DNA of 64,000 nucleotides, from NCBI GenBank assembly GCA_036400935.1, contig DASWWW010000002.1, forward strand, positions 63,939 through 127,938. Direction: 5' to 3'. The translations under genes were made by a program, and so were the position numbers. The notes beneath the pieces are model-generated. The model saw only the letters and a program-made list of their open reading frames with translations. It did not search any database and was not told the origin of the DNA. This DNA is from Minisyncoccota bacterium. Lineage in GTDB: Bacteria > Patescibacteriota > Minisyncoccia > Phycocordibacterales > UBA6065. Within the stretch, counting starts at the first letter, position 1; each line of letters opens with the position of its first letter. Of the stretch, positions 17,657-27,389 are shown piece by piece.

Positions 17657-18751
17657 CTAAAGCACGATACCTCCACCTAGGCAGACATCGCCTTGGTACA
17701 AGACGATGGACTGCCCTGATGCGATTATAAGTGGCTTAAGAAAGCCAACTTCCACCTCCCCGTCGGTCACAGGCTCGATATGGCAATCGAGAAGCTCGCC
17801 GAGATGGCGAACGCGTGCCTTGTACACCTTTCCAGCCTCCGGAGGCACAGCAATCCAATTGACCGAACCGAGCGAATATTCCTTCTTTTCGATATTCAAA
17901 GTTCCTTCCAGAGATTTATGCGATACGGTGATTGTATTTTTTGAAATGTCGCGGGCGGTTATATAGTAGGGCTTCTCATCCGGGGTTTTCTGAGTGACCG
18001 TAAAGCCGTGGCGCTCGCCGAGCGTCAAAAAGATGGCGCTGTCATGCGTGCCGATAGCCTTTCCGGACTCGTCGAGAACATCGCCTTTTGTCTGAGCGAT
18101 GTAATGAGACAGGAATTCGCGGATATCAACTTTGCCGATGAAGCAGAGGCCTTGGCTGTCGCGTTTTTCTGCCGTCGGCAGGTTGAACTTTCGGGCGAGA
18201 TCGCGGACCTTTGCCTTTGGCATGCCTCCTACCGGGAAAATCGTCTTTGAGAGCTGCTCCGACGTGAGCGTCCAGAGGAAATACGACTGATCCTTGCCCT
18301 CATCGACGCCGGAAGCCAGGCACGACGCTCCGCCAACGTTTTTTATCTGGGCATAGTGCCCCGTCGCGACGAATACCTCCTCGCCGGGTTTTGCCTGCCT
18401 CATCGCCCAATCGAAAAACCCGCCGAATTTCACGTGACGGTTGCACATGATGTCGGGATTCGGCGTTCGGCCCGCCTTGTATTCGGAAATCATGTAATCA
18501 ACGACCTCCTTCTTGTATTCCTTTTCCAGATCGAGAGTGACGAACGGTATGCCGAGCTCTACCGCGACGCGCATGGCGTCTAGCCGATCCTCGCGCCATG
18601 TGCACTCGAACCAGTTCGGCTGCCAAACCTTTATGAAAACGCCAGTCACGTCAAAGCCCCGCTCCTTCAAGAGCGCCGCGGAGACGGAAGAGTCCACGCC
18701 TCCGGACATGCCGACGAATACTTTCTTTTTTGCCGAGGTTTGACCTTGCAT
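17657..18751 (-). CDS. mnmA: tRNA 2-thiouridylase MnmA
   Basis: SGGVDSSV, TPNPDIMCN, ATGHY, KDQSYFL and DSQGLCF. Confidence 0.97.
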   Translation of the reverse strand: MQGQTSAKKKVFVGMSGGVDSSVSAALLKERGFDVTGVFIKVWQPNWFECTWREDRLDAMRVAVELGIPFVTLDLEKEYKKEVVDYMISEYKAGRTPNPDIMCNRHVKFGGFFDWAMRQAKPGEEVFVATGHYAQIKNVGGASCLASGVDEGKDQSYFLWTLTSEQLSKTIFPVGGMPKAKVRDLARKFNLPTAEKRDSQGLCFIGKVDIREFLSHYIAQTKGDVLDESGKAIGTHDSAIFLTLGERHGFTVTQKTPDEKPYYITARDISKNTITVSHKSLEGTLNIEKKEYSLGSVNWIAVPPEAGKVYKARVRHLGELLDCHIEPVTDGEVEVGFLKPLIIASGQSIVLYQGDVCLGGGIVL

Positions 18752-18807
18752 GAGATATATGTAGCATTAATAACGGCGTCCTTCAACCCTCAATCCAACC
18801 TACGACC

Positions 18808-19332
18808 ATGCCTGAATCGATACCGCCCGTTCCTGAACCCGTCCACCACAAAATCGGACCCGCGCCCGGAACACCGCCTTTCAGGGTCGTGTTCCTCCCC
18901 ATCAATCTAGGCTTCGAAAACCCGCTCACAGATCACGGCGATCAGATCCGAGCACTTCAGCATTTTCAAGGCTTGCGCCGGCTGCTTCTCCATCTCGGCG
19001 GGGCCTGGTGGGTATCGCACACCGGCGACCTCAGCAAAGAGCACCCCGATCCGCTATTCGGCAAAAAGGGATATGTACATCCCGTAATCCTTCTCGCGGA
19101 TTTCAGCTCCGTGCAGACGGAACTCTCCGCCTCTCAGCTGCCCAAAGCCGCTGGGCCCATCGAGAAGCTCAATTCGGGATTCTCGCTCGAACCGTGGAGG
19201 ATCTGCCTCAATAAGTCGGGCGACAAGGAATGGCACGATCATATTAAGTTCGAGAATGGAAAGTTCTACATCGAGAGCATCCGTATCGAGCACGACCGTG
19301 CCGCTGCAGTTGCCGCGGCGACCACCGCGTAA
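18808..19332 (+). CDS. Orphan hypothetical protein
   Basis: Fills the gap between convergent genes; stop lies within an ACCGCG/CGCGGT hairpin followed by a T-tract. Confidence 0.6.
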   Translation: MPESIPPVPEPVHHKIGPAPGTPPFRVVFLPINLGFENPLTDHGDQIRALQHFQGLRRLLLHLGGAWWVSHTGDLSKEHPDPLFGKKGYVHPVILLADFSSVQTELSASQLPKAAGPIEKLNSGFSLEPWRICLNKSGDKEWHDHIKFENGKFYIESIRIEHDRAAAVAAATTA

Positions 19333-19355
19333 TGCGCGGTTTTTTATTGCCGAAA

Positions 19356-20414
19356 TTATCTCAAATATTTATTCTTGTTCGCGACGTGCTCATCGTGCGT
19401 GACTCCGTAACGCATATTGCCGTCATTGTCGGTCAGATAGAAGTAATAAGCGGTCTTTATTGGGCGGACGGTAGCAGAAATGGCGGCAAGTCCTGGGTTT
19501 GAGATCGGGCCCGGCGGCAATCCCTTGTAAACATAGGTATTGTAGGGTGAATCGATCTTGAGATCCGCCAGAGTCAGCTCGGAGCTCGCCTTCTTGCCGT
19601 TTACGAATGCGAATGCGGCATCCACCTGCAGGAGCATCTTTTCATCGAGGCGCTTCCACAGAATTCCCGCGATCAGACGGCGAGATTCCTCGGTGCGAGC
19701 CTCTTCTTCTATGATCGAGGCCATAATAATGACGTCCTTGATCGGGCGACCAAACGTCTTGATCTCGGAAGCGAGCGTCTCGATGCGCTTCTTGTAGTTA
19801 TCAAGCATGCTGTTGAGCACGTCCTCGGCCGTTACGGTCGGCAGGAACATGTACGTGTCGGGAAAAAGGTATCCCTCGTACTGCTCGGCGATCTTTATAA
19901 ATTCTTTGGCGTCAAAATGGGCAAAGCGCTTGTCTTTGTCGATGAATGCGGCGATCTCGCCCGACGACCAGCCCTCAGGGATAGTGATTCGTATGTCGAC
20001 GAGCTCGTACTCGCTATTCTTTATTCGGGACGCGAGAGCTACGGCGCTTTGGCGTTCGTCGAGGTAGTAATCCCCCGCCTTGAGCGTCTTTGAGCCGCCC
20101 ATGGCAATCATGACGGCCTTAAAGGCGAAAGCCGATCGCACCGTGCCGTTCGCCTCTAGATCATGCGCCACGCCCGACAGGGTCTGCCCTGGCGCGATAG
20201 TGAGAACGGTGTCAGTTGGGAAAGACAGCGGCGCGCCAAAGAGCACCTGATAGCCGATAACCAAAGCTACGGCAAAGAGAGCGCAGAAAAGCGGCCACTT
20301 CCTGAAGCTGAATCGAAAATTGATGCAAAAAGGCTTCCGCGGAGGCTTTTGAGGCGCGTCCAGCAGGATCGGTTCCGGCGGCTCCGATATGTAGCGAAGT
20401 GATCCGTCGTCCAT
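19356..20414 (-). CDS. mltG: Endolytic transglycosylase MltG
   Basis: ITIPEG, EGYLFPDTY, ASIIEEE and DSPYNTY..GLPPGPISNPG. Confidence 0.96.
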   Translation of the reverse strand: MDDGSLRYISEPPEPILLDAPQKPPRKPFCINFRFSFRKWPLFCALFAVALVIGYQVLFGAPLSFPTDTVLTIAPGQTLSGVAHDLEANGTVRSAFAFKAVMIAMGGSKTLKAGDYYLDERQSAVALASRIKNSEYELVDIRITIPEGWSSGEIAAFIDKDKRFAHFDAKEFIKIAEQYEGYLFPDTYMFLPTVTAEDVLNSMLDNYKKRIETLASEIKTFGRPIKDVIIMASIIEEEARTEESRRLIAGILWKRLDEKMLLQVDAAFAFVNGKKASSELTLADLKIDSPYNTYVYKGLPPGPISNPGLAAISATVRPIKTAYYFYLTDNDGNMRYGVTHDEHVANKNKYLR

Positions 20415-20429
20415 TGATGATTGAAAATA

Positions 20430-21671
20430 TTAGACCGGCAAGTTTGCTGGGGCGTCTCCGCGCTTCGATGGGATGCGCTTGAGGTTCGGGGTCTGAACCG
20501 CGCTGCCCGGGAAGTGGTACATCGTCGCGAGCTCCTCGGTGTTGAGCACGGTCCATTTCGCATTGAATGGGTAGTGGAAATAGCCTCGGTTGCAGTACGA
20601 GACGAAGTGGTCGATCTTGCGCTCAAGTAGCTTCTTGCCCGTCCAATCCTGCCACTTGTAGTCAAAGCTCATGGACTCAAGAGGCTTGAAGCCGTTAAGG
20701 TTAGGCGCGTTGAACTGCTTGAACGCTCCAAGGAGGCCTCCTCCGTTGCCCTTGTCGAAGACGTCCTTCGGAGCGATGTACATGATGCGGATGCCGGCAT
20801 CGAATGCGAACTTGGTCTGCGAGCGCTCGATAGCCTCGATGCGCTGCTTCTGGCCGGTGGTAAGCTTTACGGCGTTTGGTACCTGCTCGCCATCGGCAGT
20901 CTCTACGGCCGATTCCTCGATAATATCCTTGATCAATTCCTTCGACTCGTCCTTCCACTTGTCCGGATATTTCTCGTTGGTCGGAGTCTTCTCAGCTACG
21001 TGCGCGCGTACGACGTACTGCACCCATGCCTGATGGCCCTTCTTCAGGGTTCCCATGAATTCGATCAGAGGCGCGATAGGATCGACTTTGAATTCCTCAT
21101 CAGGATCCTTATCGAGGCCGTAGTCGACGTAGGTCTTGATAGGCAAAGGATCCGGGGCTACGGCCTCGAACTTGCAGCCCGCGATGTCGAACTTCGCAGG
21201 ATCAAAGAAGATCTTGCGGGTATAGTCCTCGACCTCGTGGATCTCAACGCCCGGATACTGCGCATAGACGCTCGCCTCGACGACGGTTCGCTGGCTCTTG
21301 AAGGTCCAGATATAGAAATGTATCTCGCCGCCGTCGGAGACGATCTCGAGCGAGAACCAAACGCGGGTCTTTCCCTCCCAATAGCGGTCGATAGGCGTTC
21401 CCTCTCCGCTGGTCTGATAGAGGCCGAGGAGCACGAGCTCCATGGCAAGCGGCGACTTTATAGTCTCCTGAGGCAACTTTATCTCGAGCAGGATCTTGTC
21501 CTGCTTCCTGATCCATTCGGTGCGCACGTAGCGGGTCCAGAGGCCCCAAGCGAGCTCGACAGTGACGATCGGTATCCAGATGACGGCAAGAAAGACGAGC
21601 CAGCGGAAAGTCTCAGGCAAGCCTACTTCGATGATGAACCGGAATACGTCGTGGAAAATAGTCGAAACCAT
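20430..21671 (-). CDS. CPR-conserved membrane protein resembling the N-terminal region of CPR TraG/VirD4-like proteins, without an ATPase domain
   Basis: N-terminal TM; LLEIKLP, WFSLEIVS, YAQYP, LPIKTY and LNTEELATMYHFP motifs. Confidence 0.65.
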   Translation of the reverse strand: MVSTIFHDVFRFIIEVGLPETFRWLVFLAVIWIPIVTVELAWGLWTRYVRTEWIRKQDKILLEIKLPQETIKSPLAMELVLLGLYQTSGEGTPIDRYWEGKTRVWFSLEIVSDGGEIHFYIWTFKSQRTVVEASVYAQYPGVEIHEVEDYTRKIFFDPAKFDIAGCKFEAVAPDPLPIKTYVDYGLDKDPDEEFKVDPIAPLIEFMGTLKKGHQAWVQYVVRAHVAEKTPTNEKYPDKWKDESKELIKDIIEESAVETADGEQVPNAVKLTTGQKQRIEAIERSQTKFAFDAGIRIMYIAPKDVFDKGNGGGLLGAFKQFNAPNLNGFKPLESMSFDYKWQDWTGKKLLERKIDHFVSYCNRGYFHYPFNAKWTVLNTEELATMYHFPGSAVQTPNLKRIPSKRGDAPANLPV

Positions 21672-21752
21672 ACCCAGAGATTATACAAGAGAAACCGGAC
21701 ATAAAAAAGCCCGTCGCGGTGAAGCGGCGGGCTCGAGACAATGAGGGATCTT

Positions 21753-22070
21753 TTACTCTTTACCCTCGTAGTCGAGTTCCCAACCGAGGAGCAGGAGGAA
21801 CTGCTCGAAGTTGTACTCGACCTTTCGCTTCTCTTCGTCATTAGAGAGCGGCCCTCTGAACCAATACACTGAAATCCACATCTTTTCCGAGGGATGGGCA
21901 CGCTCGTCGTGGCGCAGGTCATAGACGAGCCCCTTGCTCCCGTCTTTTTCTACGACCACACCTCGCTCGATGGGCTTTTGCCCCTCGAAATAGATATTGA
22001 TCGGGTTTTCCTGGGCGCACTCGGGGCGATTGGAAGTGAAACCAATTTGGCTAGTATGTATCTTTTTCAT
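21753..22070 (-). CDS. Orphan hypothetical protein (shared-promoter cassette 1)
   Basis: Own promoter at 22166-22194, leader hairpin, and terminator at 21703-21733. Confidence 0.65.
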   Translation of the reverse strand: MKKIHTSQIGFTSNRPECAQENPINIYFEGQKPIERGVVVEKDGSKGLVYDLRHDERAHPSEKMWISVYWFRGPLSNDEEKRKVEYNFEQFLLLLGWELDYEGKE

Positions 22071-22071
22071 G

Positions 22072-22194
22072 TTGAGTTATTGCGAGAAATTGAGCGAAGG
22101 ATGATTTGCCTTCGTACGATTTCTCCAATAACCCAATCGAATTCAACGTGCTGAACTACAATAATATTATACACCTATTATGTATAAAAGTCAA
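22072..22194 (-). promoter_or_regulatory. sigma70 promoter TTGACT-17-TATAAT with ATAATATTAT palindrome and long leader hairpin
   Basis: -35 at 22189-22194, -10 at 22166-22171; hairpin 22072-22136 ends 1 nt before the ATG. Confidence 0.75.
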
Positions 22195-22250
22195 TATTTG
22201 CTCAGACAAAGAAAAACCAGCCTTTAAAGCCGGTTTTTTATTTGATTTAG

Positions 22251-23282
22251 CTAAGCAGCTATCGAGTACCTGCCTTCCTTGTCCTTCTTGAAATACTTCG
22301 GATTCTGGAGGTTTACGAGGATAGTGTTCTCCTTCACGTATCGCTCCTTCAATACCTTGTCGATGACTTCCTTCTTGGTGAGAGGGCCGTTCTTCTCGAT
22401 GATCTTGTTGATCACGTCCTTAACGACTCCTGACATGTAGCCCCACTCTGAGAGAGCGTAGAGGCCGCGTCCGACGAGCACGAATCGAGGGTCCTTGATG
22501 AGCTCGTTGTGAGTAGTCGCAACGTGAGCCTTCTTGTCGAACATCTTCTCGATCTGCTTCGCCACCTCGCGGAAGTGGATAGGAGAGCCGTGCTTCCTGA
22601 TGACGAGGAATGCGTAGTCTCGCATGCCCTTTGCCTTGATGTTTGGAGAATGAGCCACTCCCCACTCGCCCAACGGATTCTTGCCGACCTTCTTTGAGAT
22701 CGAGAGCCATCGCTTCATGATCTCGTCGTTTCGGTACTGATCGTTGAGGCCCTCGACATGGTTGAGGAAGGTGTCGATCATCTCTGATTCAGGGATGATG
22801 TCGTCGTCCTTGAGGTTCTTGTAGAGCTTCTTCAAGGCGTCCTCGACCTTCTTTGAGGTTCCCTCGTCTACATGCCATCGGTGCTTGAAATGGTCGTCTT
22901 CCTTCTGCCACTTGAAAGCGCGTCCGAGGACGAGAAGGAAATAGATATGGTTCTGGGTAGACTGGTCCTTCGATACTGAATCGAGGAGGTCTTCTTCGGC
23001 GATAACGCCGCCCATCTCCGTGAGGAGGCTTTCGAGCTCCTTAAAGGCAGGGGCCTGGACCTCATACTCCTTTGACTTCTGGATATTGGAAATAGCGTAG
23101 TTCTCGATCTGGCGGACTCGCTCGCGAGTGATGCCATAGCTCTTGCCGATGGCCTCGAGGGTCATCTTCTTGGCGTCCTTGCCAAGGCCGTAACGCTTTA
23201 TCACGACTTCCTGAGCGCGGTCAGGGAGGCTCTTGAGGAGGGCTTTTACGACGATCTTAGGTTTGAGCGTGAGGGTTGGCAT
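22251..23282 (-). CDS. sigma70 region-4 HTH fused to winged-helix (RNAP delta/HARE-HTH-like) domains
   Basis: TLEAIGKSYGITRERVRQIE at the N-terminus; PIHFREV..HNELIKDPRFVLVGRGLYALSEWG near the C-terminus. Confidence 0.8.
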   Translation of the reverse strand: MPTLTLKPKIVVKALLKSLPDRAQEVVIKRYGLGKDAKKMTLEAIGKSYGITRERVRQIENYAISNIQKSKEYEVQAPAFKELESLLTEMGGVIAEEDLLDSVSKDQSTQNHIYFLLVLGRAFKWQKEDDHFKHRWHVDEGTSKKVEDALKKLYKNLKDDDIIPESEMIDTFLNHVEGLNDQYRNDEIMKRWLSISKKVGKNPLGEWGVAHSPNIKAKGMRDYAFLVIRKHGSPIHFREVAKQIEKMFDKKAHVATTHNELIKDPRFVLVGRGLYALSEWGYMSGVVKDVINKIIEKNGPLTKKEVIDKVLKERYVKENTILVNLQNPKYFKKDKEGRYSIAA

Positions 23283-23385
23283 GTTTATTAGTAATCTTGA
23301 TAAATCTAAATTATCACTGGTTTGTTATAAAGTCAAGCTTATGTTACTAGACCACAGATGTCAAGAGATTCATGGTGCAATTTAC

Positions 23386-26289
23386 CTACTGTTTGATAAC
23401 AAAGGAAACGAGCTTGCCTGGTACCACGATAATCTTGTCGGGCTTCTTGTCCCCTACCCACTTTCTGACGTCGTCAAGGGCGAGCGCGGCCTTCTCGAGG
23501 CTCTCTTTCGACGCGTCCGGCGCCGCCGAGAAGCTTGCCCGCACCTTGCCGTTGACCTGGACGACGATGGTCGCCATGGCGTCCTTCAGCTTGGCCTCGT
23601 CGGCTACCGGCCATTCGGAAACATGGATGGATTTCTTATTGCCGAGGCCCTGCCAGAGCTCTTCCGTAATGTGCGGGGCGAGCGGTGCGAGGAGCTTGAG
23701 GAATGACTCGAAATCGGCGCGGGAAATCGCAGCTTCCTTTTCAAACGCATTCGAAAGGATCATGAGTGAACTCACGGCCGTGTTGTGCCGCAAAACTGAC
23801 ATGTCCTCGGACACTTTCTTTATGGTCTTGTGCAAGAGGGTCTCGGTCTCTGGGCTGAGCTTTGCCTCCGGCGCGTTCTTTGCGGGCTTTGCTGCGACTT
23901 TCTCGGACAATTTCCAGACGCGCTCGAGGAATCGGCGGGTTCCGATCATGCCGTTCGTATTCCAGGCGATCGCCTGGTCGAAGGGGCCCATGAACATCTC
24001 GTATACGCGCATGGTATCGGCGCCGTATGACGCGACGATCTCGTCAGGATTGACAACATTGCCGAATCGCTTCGACATCTTTCGTCCGTCCTCGCCCATG
24101 ATAAGGCCGACCGACTGCAATTTCTTGAACGGTTCGAGCGTCGAGACCGCGCCGATGTCGTAGAGGAACTTGTGCCAGAATCGCGCGTAGATCAAATGGC
24201 GGGTAGCATGCTCCGCGCCGCCGACATAGAAGTCGACCTGGCTCCAATACTTCTCCTGATCCTTCCCTACGATCGCTTTTGAGTTCTGCGGATCCATAAA
24301 GCGCAGGTAGTACCACGAAGAGCCCGCCCACTGGGGCATGGTGTTCGTCTCGCGCCTGAGGATTTTCGCACTCTTGCCCGATCCAACCTTCACATTCACC
24401 CACTTCGAGATGTCGGCGAGAGGAGATTCGCCCGTACCCGTAGGCTCGTACGACTTTACCTTCGGCAATTCGACAGGAAGATCTTTCTCAGCGACAGGAA
24501 TGTTCGTATCGCCGTCCTTCATGATCGGAAAAGGCTCGCCCCAGTAGCGCTGGCGAGAGAATACCCAGTCCTTGAGCTTGTATTTTACGACCCACCTGCC
24601 TCCGACGGCTTCGGTGATCTTTTTCTTGGCATCGACAGACTTTTGTCCGTCGAATTTTTCGGAATTGATGAGGATGCCCTCGTCAGTCATGCAGAAATTC
24701 GGAGAAAGCATGTCCCAGGCGACCTTAAGATCCGGTCGGTTTACGAAATCGCGGACCTTTTCGCGAGGAACCCAGACGATCTCGTGGAGATTCTTCTCTT
24801 CAGCCGCGGTCTCCTTCTGAGCGCCGTCCTTGAGGTGGAGCTCGACTACCACGAAATGGCCGAGGCGATTCTCTTTCTTGGCGTCGTGATAAAACTGCGA
24901 GTTTACTCGGCCGAGAGTCTTTACGTATTTGGCGTTGATGTAGCCGGTCTCCTCGGCGACTTCTCGCTCGGCGGTAACCGCCTCGCTCTCGTTGCCATCG
25001 ATGCCGCCGGTGACGAAACCCTGCCAATCATTGGTCCTCCATTTCGAGCAGAGATACTTGTCTTCAGACCAGTGCTTGATAAGGCACATGACGGCGGTCC
25101 TCTCCACGAAAGGCTTGTCCGCGCGCACGGCATCGAGGCCGTCCTTCTTGGCGAACAGCGCCTCGACGACCGGCTTTACCGGCAATTTGTATTTGGTGGC
25201 GAACTCCATGTCGCGCTCGTCGTGAGCGGGAACGGCCATAACCGCGCCCGTGCCATATTCGGCGAGGACATAGTCAGCGACGTATACAGGAACCTCCTCG
25301 TTGTTTGCGGGATTAATGGCGAAGACGCCGTCGAGCCTTACGCCGGTCTTGTCCTTCTTGGCGTCGGTGCGCTCGATCTCGGTCATCATGCGGGCATGAG
25401 CGACGTATTTGATGACTTCGTCTCGATTCTTGAGGGTTTTCAAGTCAGCGATGAGATTGGTGACGAAAGAATGCTCGGGAGCGACCACGACGTACGTGAC
25501 TCCGAACAATGTGTCGGGTCGAGTGGTGAAAACGGTGAGCTTTTCAGGCGAATTTTTGCCGGCTACTTTCAATGCAAAGCCGATCTCGGCACCTTCGGAG
25601 CGCCCGATCCAGTTTCGCTGGGATTCCTTGATCGATTCAGGCCATTCGAGCTGGTCGAGATCGGCGAGGAGACGGTCCGCATAGTCGGTGATGCGCAAGA
25701 CCCACTGGCGCATCTTCTTTTTCTCTACGGGAGTGCCGCAGCGCTCGCATTTGCCGTCCTCCACGTCCTCGTTCGCGAGGCCGGTCTTGCACGAGGGGCA
25801 CCAGTTGATCGGCTCGTACGATTCGTATGCCAAGCCCTTCTCCAGGAGCTTGAGGAAGATCCACTGAGTCCATTTGTAAAATTTCGGGTCGGTCGTATTG
25901 ACCTCGCGAGACCAGTCGTAGTCGAAGCCGAGGATTTCGAGCTGCTTCTTGTAGCGCGCGACGTTCTTTGCCACGGCGACCGAGGGGTTCGTCTTGGTCT
26001 TGATAGCATAATTTTCCGCCGGGAGGCCGAAGGCGTCGAAGCCCATAGGATGCAGCACGTTGAATCCCTGCATGCGCTTCATGCGGGAGACGATATCGGT
26101 AGCGATATAGCCCTTGGGATGCCCCACGTGGAGTCCTTCGCCTGAAGGATAAGGAAACATGTCGAGGACGTAGAATTTCGGCTTGTCGGAGGCTTCTGAG
26201 GTCTTATAGGTCTTCTTGGATTGCCATTCTTTCTGCCATTTCTTCTCGATTTTGGAGTGGTCGTACTTTTTCTGTGCCATGAAATTCAT
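23386..26289 (-). CDS. leuS: Leucine--tRNA ligase with inserted Nudix domain
   Basis: MFPYPSG-HVGH, TTRPDT, GTGAVMAVPAHD and KMSK; Nudix box GGIDGNESEAVTAEREVAEETG. Confidence 0.97.
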   Translation of the reverse strand: MNFMAQKKYDHSKIEKKWQKEWQSKKTYKTSEASDKPKFYVLDMFPYPSGEGLHVGHPKGYIATDIVSRMKRMQGFNVLHPMGFDAFGLPAENYAIKTKTNPSVAVAKNVARYKKQLEILGFDYDWSREVNTTDPKFYKWTQWIFLKLLEKGLAYESYEPINWCPSCKTGLANEDVEDGKCERCGTPVEKKKMRQWVLRITDYADRLLADLDQLEWPESIKESQRNWIGRSEGAEIGFALKVAGKNSPEKLTVFTTRPDTLFGVTYVVVAPEHSFVTNLIADLKTLKNRDEVIKYVAHARMMTEIERTDAKKDKTGVRLDGVFAINPANNEEVPVYVADYVLAEYGTGAVMAVPAHDERDMEFATKYKLPVKPVVEALFAKKDGLDAVRADKPFVERTAVMCLIKHWSEDKYLCSKWRTNDWQGFVTGGIDGNESEAVTAEREVAEETGYINAKYVKTLGRVNSQFYHDAKKENRLGHFVVVELHLKDGAQKETAAEEKNLHEIVWVPREKVRDFVNRPDLKVAWDMLSPNFCMTDEGILINSEKFDGQKSVDAKKKITEAVGGRWVVKYKLKDWVFSRQRYWGEPFPIMKDGDTNIPVAEKDLPVELPKVKSYEPTGTGESPLADISKWVNVKVGSGKSAKILRRETNTMPQWAGSSWYYLRFMDPQNSKAIVGKDQEKYWSQVDFYVGGAEHATRHLIYARFWHKFLYDIGAVSTLEPFKKLQSVGLIMGEDGRKMSKRFGNVVNPDEIVASYGADTMRVYEMFMGPFDQAIAWNTNGMIGTRRFLERVWKLSEKVAAKPAKNAPEAKLSPETETLLHKTIKKVSEDMSVLRHNTAVSSLMILSNAFEKEAAISRADFESFLKLLAPLAPHITEELWQGLGNKKSIHVSEWPVADEAKLKDAMATIVVQVNGKVRASFSAAPDASKESLEKAALALDDVRKWVGDKKPDKIIVVPGKLVSFVIKQ

Positions 26290-26381
26290 ATTAGCGCAAA
26301 ACGCACCCTAAAACAAAGAGGCGCGGGTCCCATCGGGTCCCGCGCCTCTTTTAGACTTTTTTTAGAGCCCGCCCGCCGCTC

Positions 26382-27341
26382 CTAGAGAGCTCGGACAGGA
26401 TCCTTGAACGGAGGATACATCTCCGGATCGATCGTTCGCTCGAAGCAGGTCGTTCCCGCCCCGTGCTTCCAGTTCTCGCCGGCGAATCCGAAGCCGCCTA
26501 CAGGATACGCGTAGCTGTAGTCGCGGCCGTACGGTCCCTCGCCCCTGGTGTCCACGCTCGCGGTCTCGAAATCGGCGCAGAGCTTGAACTTGAGCTTGCC
26601 CTCGACGGAATAGCCGTATGGCTTGTCAGTTACAGGGTCGACAGGGGCCGTGTAGCCCGAGATAGAGTCGTCGAGCTCAGAAAGGGCCGCAGGAAGCTTC
26701 TCCTTCTGCTGCCAATGATTGAGCACCTGGTACTGGATCGAGCTGAGATTCTGGATTCGGGTGTCGTCCGCGCGGAGCTTTCGCATCGTCGCAGGCGAGC
26801 CGAAGACGAAGAATGACGAGATCACCAGAGCCGCGACCAGTACGGATGAGCCGTAGATCGTCGCGGTGAATTTTGCAGGCGAAGACGTGCCGCGAACCTC
26901 AGAGAGGTAGTGCCAGAACACGATGCCGCCCACTACGAGCACGACGAGGGTCTTGAGAAGGAATCGGGTCGAGATCTCGCCCGCCAGAAACGTGTTCAGA
27001 AGCGTGACAAGGTCGATCACGAGCATCGCCGACGAGAGGAAGAGCGTGATGTACACCATCCATCGTCGAACGAGTGACTCCTTGCGAGCCTGATCCGCCG
27101 CCATCGCCCTGGTGACGATACGCGAGAGCCAGACGAAGAGCGGAAACACGATGATGAGTGTCGCCATCGCGAATCGCACGCTCGACGAGTACGGATCGCC
27201 GTAGCCCGCGAGCCTGTCCGGGAAGAGCTTGTTAATGACATCGAAAGCGAGGCTGAGGAAAGCGGCGACGGACGCGTACAATGTCGCGACCACCCCGAGG
27301 TTCAGGAAGAAATCCTGCGCTGTAGATTTTCGTTCGTTCAT
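26382..27341 (-). CDS. DUF5671-like multi-pass membrane protein with pilin-like C-terminal domain
   Basis: About five TMs; RRWMVYITLF, GSPATMR..DDTRIQNL, DPVTDKPYGY and LCADFE. Confidence 0.75.
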   Translation of the reverse strand: MNERKSTAQDFFLNLGVVATLYASVAAFLSLAFDVINKLFPDRLAGYGDPYSSSVRFAMATLIIVFPLFVWLSRIVTRAMAADQARKESLVRRWMVYITLFLSSAMLVIDLVTLLNTFLAGEISTRFLLKTLVVLVVGGIVFWHYLSEVRGTSSPAKFTATIYGSSVLVAALVISSFFVFGSPATMRKLRADDTRIQNLSSIQYQVLNHWQQKEKLPAALSELDDSISGYTAPVDPVTDKPYGYSVEGKLKFKLCADFETASVDTRGEGPYGRDYSYAYPVGGFGFAGENWKHGAGTTCFERTIDPEMYPPFKDPVRAL

Positions 27342-27389
27342 AATATGTATTAGTTAGCCGACCTGCCTATTATACGATAAAAGACTGCA

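Noticed and set aside
26315-26351. Hairpin upstream of leuS as a T-box terminator
   Set aside because: The spacer is too short and has no T-box sequence; it is a symmetric terminator for the upstream gene.
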